A stretch of 64,000 bases of DNA from the NCBI GenBank assembly GCA_963693365.1, contig CAVNZM010000005.1, positions 10,148,334 to 10,212,333 of the forward strand. The letters run 5' to 3'. This stretch comes from Amoebidium appalachense. Taxonomy: Eukaryota; Protista; Ichthyosporea. Each line of letters starts with the position of its first letter. Position 1 is the stretch's first letter. The notes below the pieces were generated by a model. The model was not told the origin of the DNA, did no database searches, and was given only the letters and a program-made list of their open reading frames with translations. The position numbers and the translations under genes were made by a program. Of this stretch, positions 1 to 11,976 are shown piece by piece.

Positions 1-323
1 TGGATGTTTTCTCACTCGATCCTGTATAGATCACTTCTTCTCCTTTGAGTAAGCTCAATATTGTATCATAAAAAATAAAAAATCCATCCCAGTTTTCCAG
101 CAAATATACCAACACACCTAAAAAGGCCTCATATCCCCCCCCCCCCCCCCCCCCCCCCCCTCACCCCCTTCCCCCCCCTCCCCCCCCCCCCCCTTCAGCC
201 TTATCCTCCCCTTCCTCCTTCCCTCCCCCTTTCCTTCCCCCCTCTCCCTCATTTTTTTTAATGAAAAAAAACCCTTTAAATGAACAAAGAAAAAGGAAAA
301 GTACACAGACGATCACTGTGACC

Positions 324-965
324 TTATAAAGCAATCCCACACTCGTGATTCCCCACCCACCAATCAGATATTGCCGTGATGCTGGTGTACACGTTGGGTG
401 ACCCCCCCTCGGCACACCCATGCCCCCAACTTACGACCCCCACCTGCACGCCTTCGGGCAGTGCAAACACGGGCCTACCACTGTCTCCCTGTACGTGAAA
501 TTTGGAATACTTAGAACATTTAGGTTGATGGCGGGGTAACCAGGAGCAAGCTTGACAGCTCCTTCCCTTCATTCTTCCAGTCTTATTTAAATCTATGGGG
601 AAGGGGGGGATTTGTTTTTTTTTTTTTTTTTTTTTTTTTTTGGGGGGGGGGGGGGGGGGGGAGGGAGGGGGGGGAAGGGGGGAGGGGGGGAGGGGGGAAG
701 GGAGGGGTAAAAATATGGTCTTTATGACATCCATAACTCTGTTTGTGCCTGTGACGGTGTGTGGCCATGGGTGGGTGGGTTGCTTCCTGAAGGTAAAAGG
801 GAAGAGGGGGGGGGGGGGGGGGGGGGGGGAGGAGGGGAATTGACGACAGCGAAGTTGCATGGAAAGCCTCCCCCCTTCCCCTCTTCCCCTGCTCCTCCCC
901 GTCCCTTTCTCCCTCCTACCCATCCCCCTCCCCTCCCCCCTCCTTCCTCCCCCTCCTTCCCCCAT

Positions 966-1009
<44 letters not shown>

Positions 1010-1051
1010 AAAAAAAAAAAAAAAAGGCAGCTCCGGATCCCGGCACACATG

Positions 1052-1086
<35 letters not shown>

Positions 1087-1140
1087 ACTTCCCCAAAAGA
1101 GCCAAGAATTGGTCTTTAATGCATTGCACCCCAACTGACT
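324..1140 (-). pseudogene. Degenerate trypsin-like (peptidase S1) serine protease, C-terminal exons
   Basis: Exon 488..324 reads GDSGRPVF...QVGVVSWGHGCAEGGSPNVYTSITAISDWW (GDSGGP, GIVSWG.GC and PGVYT motifs). Exon 592..552 ends in KGRSCQ, giving SCQ|GDSG across a 63-nt GC-AG intron. A YMCAG motif lies near 1035-1050, next to a poly-G tract. His/Asp triad exons were not found. Confidence 0.65.
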
Positions 1141-1501
1141 CGTTGAAGAATATGTTTATATGGCCGCCATGCGAGATAGGAAATGGTGGACAGAGGCTGA
1201 AAAAAGAGAAAGAGGTTTACGGACGGGCCAGCGGGAGTGTAATGCTTGGTTTTGGGCTTCCCGAAGGGGGGGGGGAGGGAGGGGGGGGGGGGAGGGGGGG
1301 GGGGGGAGCGACCGGTGGGGGGGAGGGAGGGGGGGGGGGGGGGGGAGGATAATACACATTTACATTGAAGTGCAATGATTCGTGAGGAATGATATGGTTG
1401 AATTTCCAAACGTCAGCACTTACATAATTATACACGGCAGGCAGATACCGGTACCGCAACGACGCACACACCGACATGCGCACAAACACACACGGGCCGT
1501 C

Positions 1502-1550
<49 letters not shown>

Positions 1551-1857
1551 CGGGACACACACACACACACACGCACACAACGCGCGCGCGCACACACACA
1601 CACACACACTGTGACACACACAGTATCACACAAGACACACTACAACCACATGGGCGCGCACACACGCACACCTTGACACACACTCACCGTACGTACACAC
1701 ACAGCCGCACAAGTGCGCACACACCGTTAACACACACATACATTGCGCGCGCACACACACAGATGCACACACACACATTGCTCATACACGCCAGGCCTAC
1801 GGCAACGTGTAGTACTGTGAACAACATGCCGGGTACCAACCCCATCAGGTTCTGGGC

Positions 1858-1913
<56 letters not shown>

Positions 1914-2737
1914 GGGAGGGGGGGGGGGGGGGGGAGAGGGAGGGAAAGAGCAGAGATTCGGAATTATTATGGCAAACACGCAGTCCCGACATGTGCACAG
2001 CGTGATCCCGATAGTGTTAAACACATACGCCCACACAACTGAACAAATACTGGCAAGAGATTCAGTGAACTTTAAAAAGGGTAAGGGCTCACACACTGAC
2101 ACACACACATTCATGCACACGCGCACACACACTGTGTATAGCCCCTTGCAATGCCATCAAATAATTCGGGTGCACACACACACACACACACACAGGCCAC
2201 CACCGGCACACACGCTCACTACACAACGGTCATATGTCGGACGCGGTTACTTCGTACATACATGTATGTTCATTCACGCCCAAGGCCCACAGTGAGAGCA
2301 TTTACAGATCTATGCACGCACAAACTTATAAGTTAACCACAACGGTTGCTACAATAGCTAGAGGGAGAGCTGGAGGCAAGCCAAGGCGCAGGGGGAACCT
2401 GTAACCCTAGTTTGGTCTTCAGTTTTTTTAAGGGGAATTTCAAAAAAGGTAAATTTAACAGGAAAAAAAGATAATATGGCAACCCCGCTAAGATTTCACA
2501 TCTCGCAAAGCATATATTATACCACCACCACCACCCCAAAATAGGAAGAAAATGACTAATTTATTTATGCACGTAACGTGCATACGATAATCGTTATTGA
2601 AAGGATGCAAATGCAACGTAAGTTGGCACGGTCTTCACTACATAGGAGCACACTGGCTCCGACACATTTGTGTATAGTGTGTGTGTATGTGTGTGTGCGT
2701 GTGTGTAATGTGTGTTAATTTTAAATTGCGCGTGTAT

Positions 2738-2768
<31 letters not shown>

Positions 2769-2832
2769 CTGTGCGCGTGCGCTCGAAATGCGTGTTTCTT
2801 TGCGTGTGTATTATGTGTGTGTATGTGTGTGT

Positions 2833-2868
<36 letters not shown>

Positions 2869-3059
2869 ACGTAATCATTGTGGGTTTATTTGCGTGTGTA
2901 TTGTGTGTGTGTGTGTGTATGTGTGTGCGCGCACGTGCGGGGAGCGGGCTTGTGTGTCTGTGTGTGTATTTTTTTTTTTTTTTTTTTGGGAGGAGGGAGG
3001 GGATGGAGGGGGAGGACCCGGAGGAGGAGAGGCTGATCATGATTTATAGGCAAGAGCAA

Positions 3060-3183
3060 GTCGATAAAAAAAGAGTAATGATCGGGAGATCTGGGCAACA
3101 TGTGTTCACAAGAAAACCTTACAACATCAGTAGGATACAAACGCTACTGCAGGTAAAGACCGTGGCACAGGTGGCGGTGTTTC

Positions 3184-3221
<38 letters not shown>

Positions 3222-3900
3222 CACTGGGCTGTTTGAACCGTTTATTGTTAACACCAGCACGGTTGTCATAATGATCCTCGTGACCAGAACATGGGCTCAG
3301 ATCAGAGATCAAAAGCACGACAGAAAAGAAACACCAGCGGCAGAATCCCGGGGCATGCTTGGCTGGCTATGGCCCTTCGTACATTCCCACTCATACCTTA
3401 GCATTGCATGGATCTACAGCGAAGGCAAAAGCCCAATCACCAATCAGCAAAACCCATGCATGGCTCAACTTACTTGGCACATAACAAGCGCCCCGCCAAA
3501 AAAACTTGGTATAGATATGCTCACAAAAGTAAGCTATGGAGTGTCGAAAAGAGGGATCACAGTTTAGTGTGGAAAAAAAACCGCTGCTGATAGGTATATA
3601 TCACGTGAAAGGTGGGGTTGGTACATGTTTGATTGGCAGTAACTGGACTACGTGTTTGTAACTTTCCAAAATTAAAACCGAGCTCTCAACTCACCCACCA
3701 CCATCTCATCAGCCACAACGCAACCACTATTCACCTCGCGACTACTTGCTTGTACATACTAGACAAAAATTCCTTAACTTGCTTAAACATGCTTGAAACA
3801 TGCACATTTTTGCTTGTACATGGGCCACCGCAGACTTTGCTTGACCATGGCCATGACCCAACTCCTTATCCAGAAAAAACATCATCTAATGGGCACCAGG
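3060..3900 (+). mobile_element. Possible heavily decayed retrotransposon RT-thumb/RNase H remnant (DIRS/Ngaro-like)
   Basis: Fragments in shifting frames in plausible order: FIVNTSTVVI, RGMLGWLWPFV, AQLTWH, RWGW, IHLATTCLYILDKNS, ADFA. Many stops; weak resemblance only. Confidence 0.3.
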
Positions 3901-6349
3901 AGGGGGAGCACCAGGGTCTCTGCGATGTTGGGGCCCCGTGGGCTTGACCACATCCTCGCTGGCATTTGCAGCCGGGCGGGGGCGCATCTGATAAAGAACA
4001 GCAGCAAAAACGACCCACACTAGAGCAAGCTGGAGCGCCTGTGAGTAGTCTCCGCCTTGTCCACGCTGCTCGGGCACTGTCAAGGAGGCGAAAGGGGGTA
4101 AGACAAAGCAAGTGTGTTTCATTCTGAATTAATGGCTTGGCAATATGAATTATACCAACAACGGACATGGAGCCCTGAGGGAAAGCAGGTTGCAGCATGC
4201 ACAGTTTAAGGTGGTGCGGGGAGGGAAGCGTGGAGAGGGAGGGGGGGAGAGAGGAAAGGGAGGAGATGGTGGTGGTATGGGCCAGTGAAAATTAGCTGAA
4301 GGGGAATGAAACTTACGGTCTGTCAGACAGTCGGTGTCGGTGCAGTAGCTGCTCTGAGCAGACAGCTGAAACCAGGCAGAATTCAGTTTCTCAAAAAAAT
4401 ACACGCACCATGCACGCAAAATGTAGTATAAATCTCTCGGCATATGCCCAAAGCTTGCGTGCTTCTTTCTGTCTTTCCAACACTTGGCCAACACGTCATT
4501 CTCGATACCAGAAGTATAAAGGAAAAAAAGGCAGCCATGCAATGTGACACCATGCGCCACATGAATCGAAAAACAGTGACAAACACAAGGACACCAACTT
4601 ATGCAAATACTGCTACACTTTATCTCCATGCACGCACCCAAAAAAAACAGCTAGAGGTGCTTTAGCCCCAAAATGATGATCCTGTAAAGTGGGGCAGTCG
4701 ACAATTTTGCAACAGCGCAGTTCTTTTCACAACATACATCAGTAGGAAAGCTTCAAGTAAAAAAAAGAGTGGAAAAGAGAGGCAGAAAGCCCACTCGGTG
4801 GCGGATTCCCATAGCAACTCCAAAGAGCTATTAATAATAACCACAGGCGATTTGCGCTCGTGAACAGGCAATTAAGAAGTGCAGTCTGTCATATGTGGCT
4901 TCAATAGGACTTGAGAAAAAGGATCGTTCTCGTAATTGACCTAGCGTTCTTCTCCAGGCGAGGGGTACCTACCGACCGAAGCAACCTGAAGATGGGGTCG
5001 ATAATGCACTCACAGGGATCCATATTGGCTTCTTAGTGTCAAAAGATATCTATACGTGTTTTTCCTGGTTTTCTCACGATTCGTGCGTATGTCACTTCTT
5101 GCACCACCTCAGAAGTCCTGTGCAGTGTGCGTTCGTAACATTAGGTCTACATAGAAAGGAGTCAATTCTCTAGATTTATTCAAGCTTCTTGTCAGTTATC
5201 AGAACTTTTCACACCAAAATCTCTTCAAACAGCACCATAAGCTGTCACATTCCATTCGCTTTTCAAGTTTCACAAGGCTCTCCCAACAACTTGGGGTTGG
5301 GTGACGGTCTCTCCGCGGCCGCTCTCAAGCTTTGTGTCCTGAGGCTCCGCGAAAACAGGGCGGCTGCCCTGATAAACTCACATATTCCCTATTGGTCCCT
5401 TATCCCATGGCCCACGTCGACCGCATGACCTATAGCGAATTAGAACATGCCACGATTGTGTAATCTGATCCTCTAGGTCGGCGCGCGATATTCAGACTGC
5501 ACTGTTCCGAGTATTTATTTAAGGAAACCTATTAAAGCTAAATTGTATATATATTTAATGTTATTTGAATCTTAGTGCAATTTTGAGTTTGATAAATGTC
5601 GTTTCCGGCTTTTCATTTTCTTTAGTGGAAGGCTCGAAGATCTGACGTGAATGCAATCTCCATAGACTTCAGCTATTCGTACCTACTCAATCAAAAATTA
5701 GAGATGGCTCATCCGTCATCGCCCAGATCTCACGATCACCTTCTTCAATTCGCTACGCGTACGCCGGAATACGGCCTCGAGTCGGAAGTCCTACGGAGTC
5801 CTCGAGGGAAAAGAAGGAACTTGAATGTTAATGCAAATGGTCCCGTGCAGGCCTTGCATTCACAACATTGACAGAAACTTTTTTAAGGATAACAGGCAGG
5901 TTGCTGACCAAATGCTAACAGGACTAGGCAGTTGCACAAACCCTTACCAGCGAGTGAAGATCTCTCAAAACACCCTGTCTCGGCCGAGATATATCTAAGG
6001 ATCTCTAGTGCCAGCCTATCTTGGACAGTTTATGCGTCTTCGCACACTCAGTAGCTTCATATATAGAAGAAAACTCCTTTTAAGCACGTTTAGGCTTTAA
6101 TCATTAAAGGGAAGTTCAGCTGATACATCTAGGTGCACAAGAGAGTCACACCTCTTCCACAAAGGCCATAGAGTTGGTCTGATGATAAAACATAGCAGAC
6201 TTTTGGGCACAAAGGAAATTTATAGAGCTTTTGCCTCTCTCTCGGTTCAAATAACGTTGCCTGTGTACTTGGCAACCACCCAGCCTGTTCCCGCAGTCAT
6301 GCGACAGTCAGCCAAACACACATACGTATGCTATTTTTGGATGGCATAG

Positions 6350-6425
6350 GGATATGGGGTTTACGCTGTTTGCTCGAGGCAAAGAGAGACCAGTCTCAGG
6401 TATGGGGGGTTTTTGCTCGGAATAT
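6350..6425 (+). repeat. Dispersed ~75-bp repeat, copy 1 (copy 2 at ~24357-24430)
   Basis: The core ctcgaggcaaagagagaccagtctcaggtatggggg is identical in both copies, and the flanks (atggggtttacg, ttttgctcg.aatat) also match. Confidence 0.85.
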
Positions 6426-6544
6426 CCCCTCAGCGGTATATCATGATCACGTACATAGATGTCGGGTGATGACTATATATCAGGGTTTACTTTCTCTACG
6501 AGACACCATAAAGACTAAGAAAAATCAATTAGTTGGGGTTCCCC

Positions 6545-6579
<35 letters not shown>

Positions 6580-6658
6580 AAGGGGAGGGGGGGGGGGGGG
6601 GGGGGGGGGGGAGGGGGGGGGGGGAGGGGGCTCCCCAGGGACACTCGGTATCAGCTGG

Positions 6659-6742
<84 letters not shown>

Positions 6743-6789
6743 GTGCGTGTGTGTGTGTGTGTGTGCGCGTACGCTAGAATTTTGTAATG

Positions 6790-8065
6790 ATGTGTTCCTC
6801 AAGCCAATCCGATACATCTAATAAACAGGTCGTAGTTTCGCGTGATTAGTATAAAATCAAGGATGTTGTAATTTTTAGGTAGGCTATCTTTCTGGGTGTC
6901 TGTTGTGAATGTGACGTGTGTGTGTTGCGGTATTAAGTGGTCTATCAAACTACATTTGGCGATACATGACCGTTTACTGGTGTTTGTGTGTGTTGTTTGG
7001 GCATGCAAACGATGCCACCTTATACTTATTAGATCTCCACTGTATAGCACGTGTACAGTAAAAGCGTGGTAATTGATCAATAATACCATCAGCTAGAGAA
7101 AGACCAGTTCTACAGGAAGGTAATATGTATTTAGGTGTTATACATTTGCGAGTGCCATATTTGGCAATATGGTTGAGGCAGTCATTATATATAAAACGAG
7201 ACATCAGGCTTAGTTTTTCAAGTGTCTGCTTTCATCGGGTCTATTGTCGTGTGGTATCTTTTTCCATTTGTTATATTGCGTGATTGTCTTGTGATTGTGT
7301 ACATGTTTAATAAGTAAGTGGCAGTCCAAAGTCACACGCACACTTTTGCGGGGTTTATTTGTATTTGTGCCCGGGGGGGGAAGGAGAGAGAGGGGGAAGG
7401 AAAGAGGGGAGAGGTGAGGAGGGGGCAGGTCGGATCGAGAAGAGAGGGTGGGAGGGCAAATACTTCTTTAAGCGGCTTATGTGCTTATTGAATTTCAGCG
7501 CGAGATGGGATACTCTAGCAGCTATTGGGACCAGACCATATATCGAGAGCGTTACAGGCCCAGGTTTACAACAGTTGTTAGATAGAAAGGAGGCAACTTC
7601 TGCTTCAAGGAAATTTGCCAAGGGTTTAAGCGCTCTAGTTCTCTCTTTCTTGATCCAAGCGGCGAGAAGGGGGTAAACCATATTCACATACCGGGAAGAC
7701 AAAAGTGTGAATAAATGTAAGTCTAATAGAAGGATGGAGGGGTGTGTCTTTAAAAATATTAGCCGAGAAGAAAGCTAACCGCTTACGAGCCAACTCTACC
7801 CTCTTTTTGACCATATGGGAAAACATAACACCAACAGAATTGGAACTATAGCACATAGGTACAGGTAATTAGATGATAATGTATATGTGTGTAAATTGTT
7901 AGCTATATCATGTACAAGAACACCACATTTGTCTATGTTAAGGATCATAAGGTTTGCCTTGCACCACTCTGACACTACATCGAACAATCTTTGCAGGCGT
8001 CTAGGGGTACGGGCAAGGAGGGACAGATCATCAGCATAGAGAAGTGCAGGCGGAAAGTTATTACA
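6790..8065 (-). mobile_element. 5'-truncated, frameshifted non-LTR retrotransposon (LINE) ORF2 3' end
   Basis: Minus strand reads PALLYADDLSLLARTPRRLQRLFDVVSEWCKANLMILNIDKCGVL (YADD at 8038..8027), then RLTFIHTFVFPVCEYG, and a C-terminal CRTG..ADG / QWR / CP..H..RSC..C / ILDFIL region ending at the stop at 6799. It is split over several frames. Confidence 0.85.
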
Positions 8066-8097
<32 letters not shown>

Positions 8098-9638
8098 CCG
8101 GCTCCCGCTCCCAGGACTCCCACCTGCGCCCGCGTTTACTTCTGAGTCGGCGAGCTCCCCGTCTCCCCCCCCCCCTCCCCCCCCCCCCCCCCCCCTTTCC
8201 CCCTTTCCCCCCTCCTCACATTTCGAAGGTTCATCTCTGGCCCCGCAGTCATAATAATTTCATGGTCGGCGTCAAGCCCCAGCAGTCTAACTGCAAGAAT
8301 ACAGTATCACTTAGAGGCACGTTATAAAGCACTCAGCGCTGAATCTTCAAACCAACCCTTTGAATCTGCGCACGTATAAACAAGGCCACCTGCAGTCCAT
8401 GTCCAGATTCCAGTCATGCTCTATATAGTACGAAGCTTTCTTCTATTGCTTGTGCGTTATTTTTACATTTTTGGGACCACATGTTGCCCTGCAGTTGGGA
8501 ACGACTGAAGTGACGGTGACCGCCCCATCATGAGTGTCACCACGCGAGTCTTGGCAAAGCTTTGGAACTTCGGAAACTTGAGCCAAGTTGAACCCTGACA
8601 CGTACTGACGTACTGACGGCGTCGCGCGCCATCTCATGAGTATTAAGTATCTCGAGTATCGGCTCGCCGACGGCGATTTTTCCTTCCTCCTTCGCAGCCA
8701 TCTTTTCCCCTTCCTTCTTCGCAGCAGTCACTTCGCGTACACAGGTAAGCATTGTCATTACTAGCGAGATATTTCTGCTGAGGTAGGAAGGAAAATGAGG
8801 CACCGGTAGAGTTGAACCGGCTACGGCGCACTGCACGCGACAAATGTTTTTCCAGGCGACTGCATTCCAGAACAGGATTAGACCAGGGTTCGAAGGACGG
8901 AGGAGCCCATTAACGGAAGTCGAAATCCCGTTTCGAAAACCTCTTCGAAAATCGGAATGCTCCGTCAAAGCAGGTCCACCAAAAATCGTAATCGTCGCGC
9001 ATCAGTAAACTAGGGCATGCTTATTTGTGCCTATAATGCATCAAAATGTTATTATAATGCATACTCAAAAACCCCTGTGGTTATTATAGGCCTTCCTGGT
9101 GTTGGCAGTTGAAGCTTTGAAGGTATAAAAGGGAAATATGAAGTGCATTAATGCACAATATATATATACATTTTGTCTAGTACGTATATACGTACGGTCA
9201 CGTCCTCCTACATATATGTGCGGCAATGCCAGTGTATATGAGGATATATACTATGTGTGCATATGTATCTAGTTCCTGTGTGTGTCACTGTGTCCGTGGC
9301 CTTATTTTTCCCCAGTGCACGCATTTTCTTTCATTTGATGAACATGATCATGAATCATGTTACAATAGACGTATTACGCAATTTGTGCCTTCCCCGATTC
9401 GGATTGGGTCCCTGAAGCGGGGGGGGGGGGGGGGGGGGGGGGGGAAGATCACGTTGGGTGGTTGTGTTTGTGTTTGTGTGTGTGTGAATATTTTTCTTTG
9501 CAACTGTGTGTGTGTGTGTGGTGGGTATGTATGCACGGTGTCTGTGTCTGTGTGTATGCGTACAGGTGTGGGTGTGTGTATTTGTGTCAGCGGTAATCGG
9601 TGTGTGTGTGTCTATGTTGTGTGCATGTGTGCACATGT

Positions 9639-9684
<46 letters not shown>

Positions 9685-9889
9685 ATGACATTGTGTGCAT
9701 GTGTGTGTGTGTTTTGTGTCAACGGTTATGGTGTGTGTGTATGTATGTCCAGTCACTGTGTGTGTCACATGATGTATATGTGTGTGTGTGCAGTGTGGTG
9801 TGTATGTATGCAGGGTGTGTGTGTCTGTGTATGTGTGTGTACATGCCAGTGTGGGTGTGTGTGTTTGTACCAACGGTTTCTTGACAATG

Positions 9890-9924
<35 letters not shown>

Positions 9925-9975
9925 GTGCCACGGGGTGTGTGTGTGCGCCGTGTACATGGTGTGTGTGTGCGGTGT

Positions 9976-10010
<35 letters not shown>

Positions 10011-10325
10011 TGTGGGTGGGTGTGCATAGCATGTGATTGTACAGGGTGGATGCATATGCACGTTTGTAATACAGTTATCATGCATGATCCGAGATAGTAT
10101 GTGCCTGTGCACGTGTACTAGCCTATAGGTCACATGTGTGGTGTCACAGCTGTGCATGTATGTGCATGTGTGTAAGTTGAACGGAACACAGTGGTGCACA
10201 GTGTGTGTACTGCCTGCCATTTAAGACGCGTGCCACTGATCGTGATACACGTGGCACCTGCACCTGGTGGCCGTCGACTCTGAGCATCTAGATCCATTCC
10301 ATGTCCAGGCCTTCCTGGGGAGGAA

Positions 10326-10360
<35 letters not shown>

Positions 10361-10666
10361 GAGTACTAGTTGGGGGGGGGGGGGGGGGGGGGGGGATTCC
10401 TGAGAGGGGGGGGGGGGGAGGGGGGAGGGGGTGAGGCTGGAGCGGCGGTGGGGGAGAAGGAGGGGCAGCACTGGTGGAGGGAACGGTGGGCAGCGGAGGA
10501 GGGGGGAATGGGGTTCGATTTCTGGGGGGGGGGGAAGTTTTGAAGTGGAGGCCGGCCTATATATACATGCGCAGGCATATGCATTGTATGTTCATGTGGC
10601 CATGCATGGCTATGATGCATATATGGTGTCACGGCTGTGTGTGTGTGAATGTTTGCGTGTGTGTCT

Positions 10667-10699
<33 letters not shown>

Positions 10700-10881
10700 G
10701 GTGTGCATAAATGTGTTTGGTGTGACAACATGTACATGTGCTAGGCTGGCGCTGTAGTCAGGGTCTGCCATTGAACATTCTACAGACAGGGACAGGGAGA
10801 CACGTACGTACGTGTGCAGCTTGTGTGGGCGGTGTATGCCCCGTGTATGATGAGACCTGCGAAGTCATGAGAAGCTTCCTC

Positions 10882-11375
<494 letters not shown>

Positions 11376-11976
11376 GCACGACTGACTAAAAAAAAAAAAA
11401 AAATGATGTATCAGTGACACGACATTTAGTAAGTATTAAGGCGACCTTAAATTGGCATGCACTGTAGTAAATTGCTGACAGATAATAGGCTATCAATTGC
11501 AAGTTACATCATAGGATACTTAAATGAAATATTAAAATTCACAAAGGAATATGAAGTGTATACATAGTCCTCTTTAATTTTCCATAGTAAATTGGGTTAC
11601 AAGTGTGCACGCATGCGCAACCTTACAATCTGTTGCTCCGCTATTGGCTGAAGGTCATGATTTTCGAGTACCGGTGGAATTCGTGAAGCCAATCAGATGT
11701 TTTTGGGAATACCTTTGTCAATAGGGGTCCGGTCTTAATGACGTCACTAATTGAGAAGGAGGGCAAGCACAAGAAAAGCACCGATCAAGTTGGAGGCCGC
11801 GAGATACGTTCCTGTTTGCGAAACGGAAACGAAAGTCCATGTGTGCACCACGTTACGCGGCCTAAACAAACGAAAAATATTAAACGTAAAACTAGGGAAC
11901 TAAATTGTATGTTTACTTGTTATTTTACCTTCTGTTGCGAATCTTAAAAGGTATACCCCTAAGGGGTGCCCACACT

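Noticed and set aside
8300-8968. Minus-strand ORFs 8537-8968 and 8443-8637, and a PCLYVRR peptide resembling a Copia RT motif
   Set aside because: No further supporting motif (no YVDD) and no consistent splice structure.
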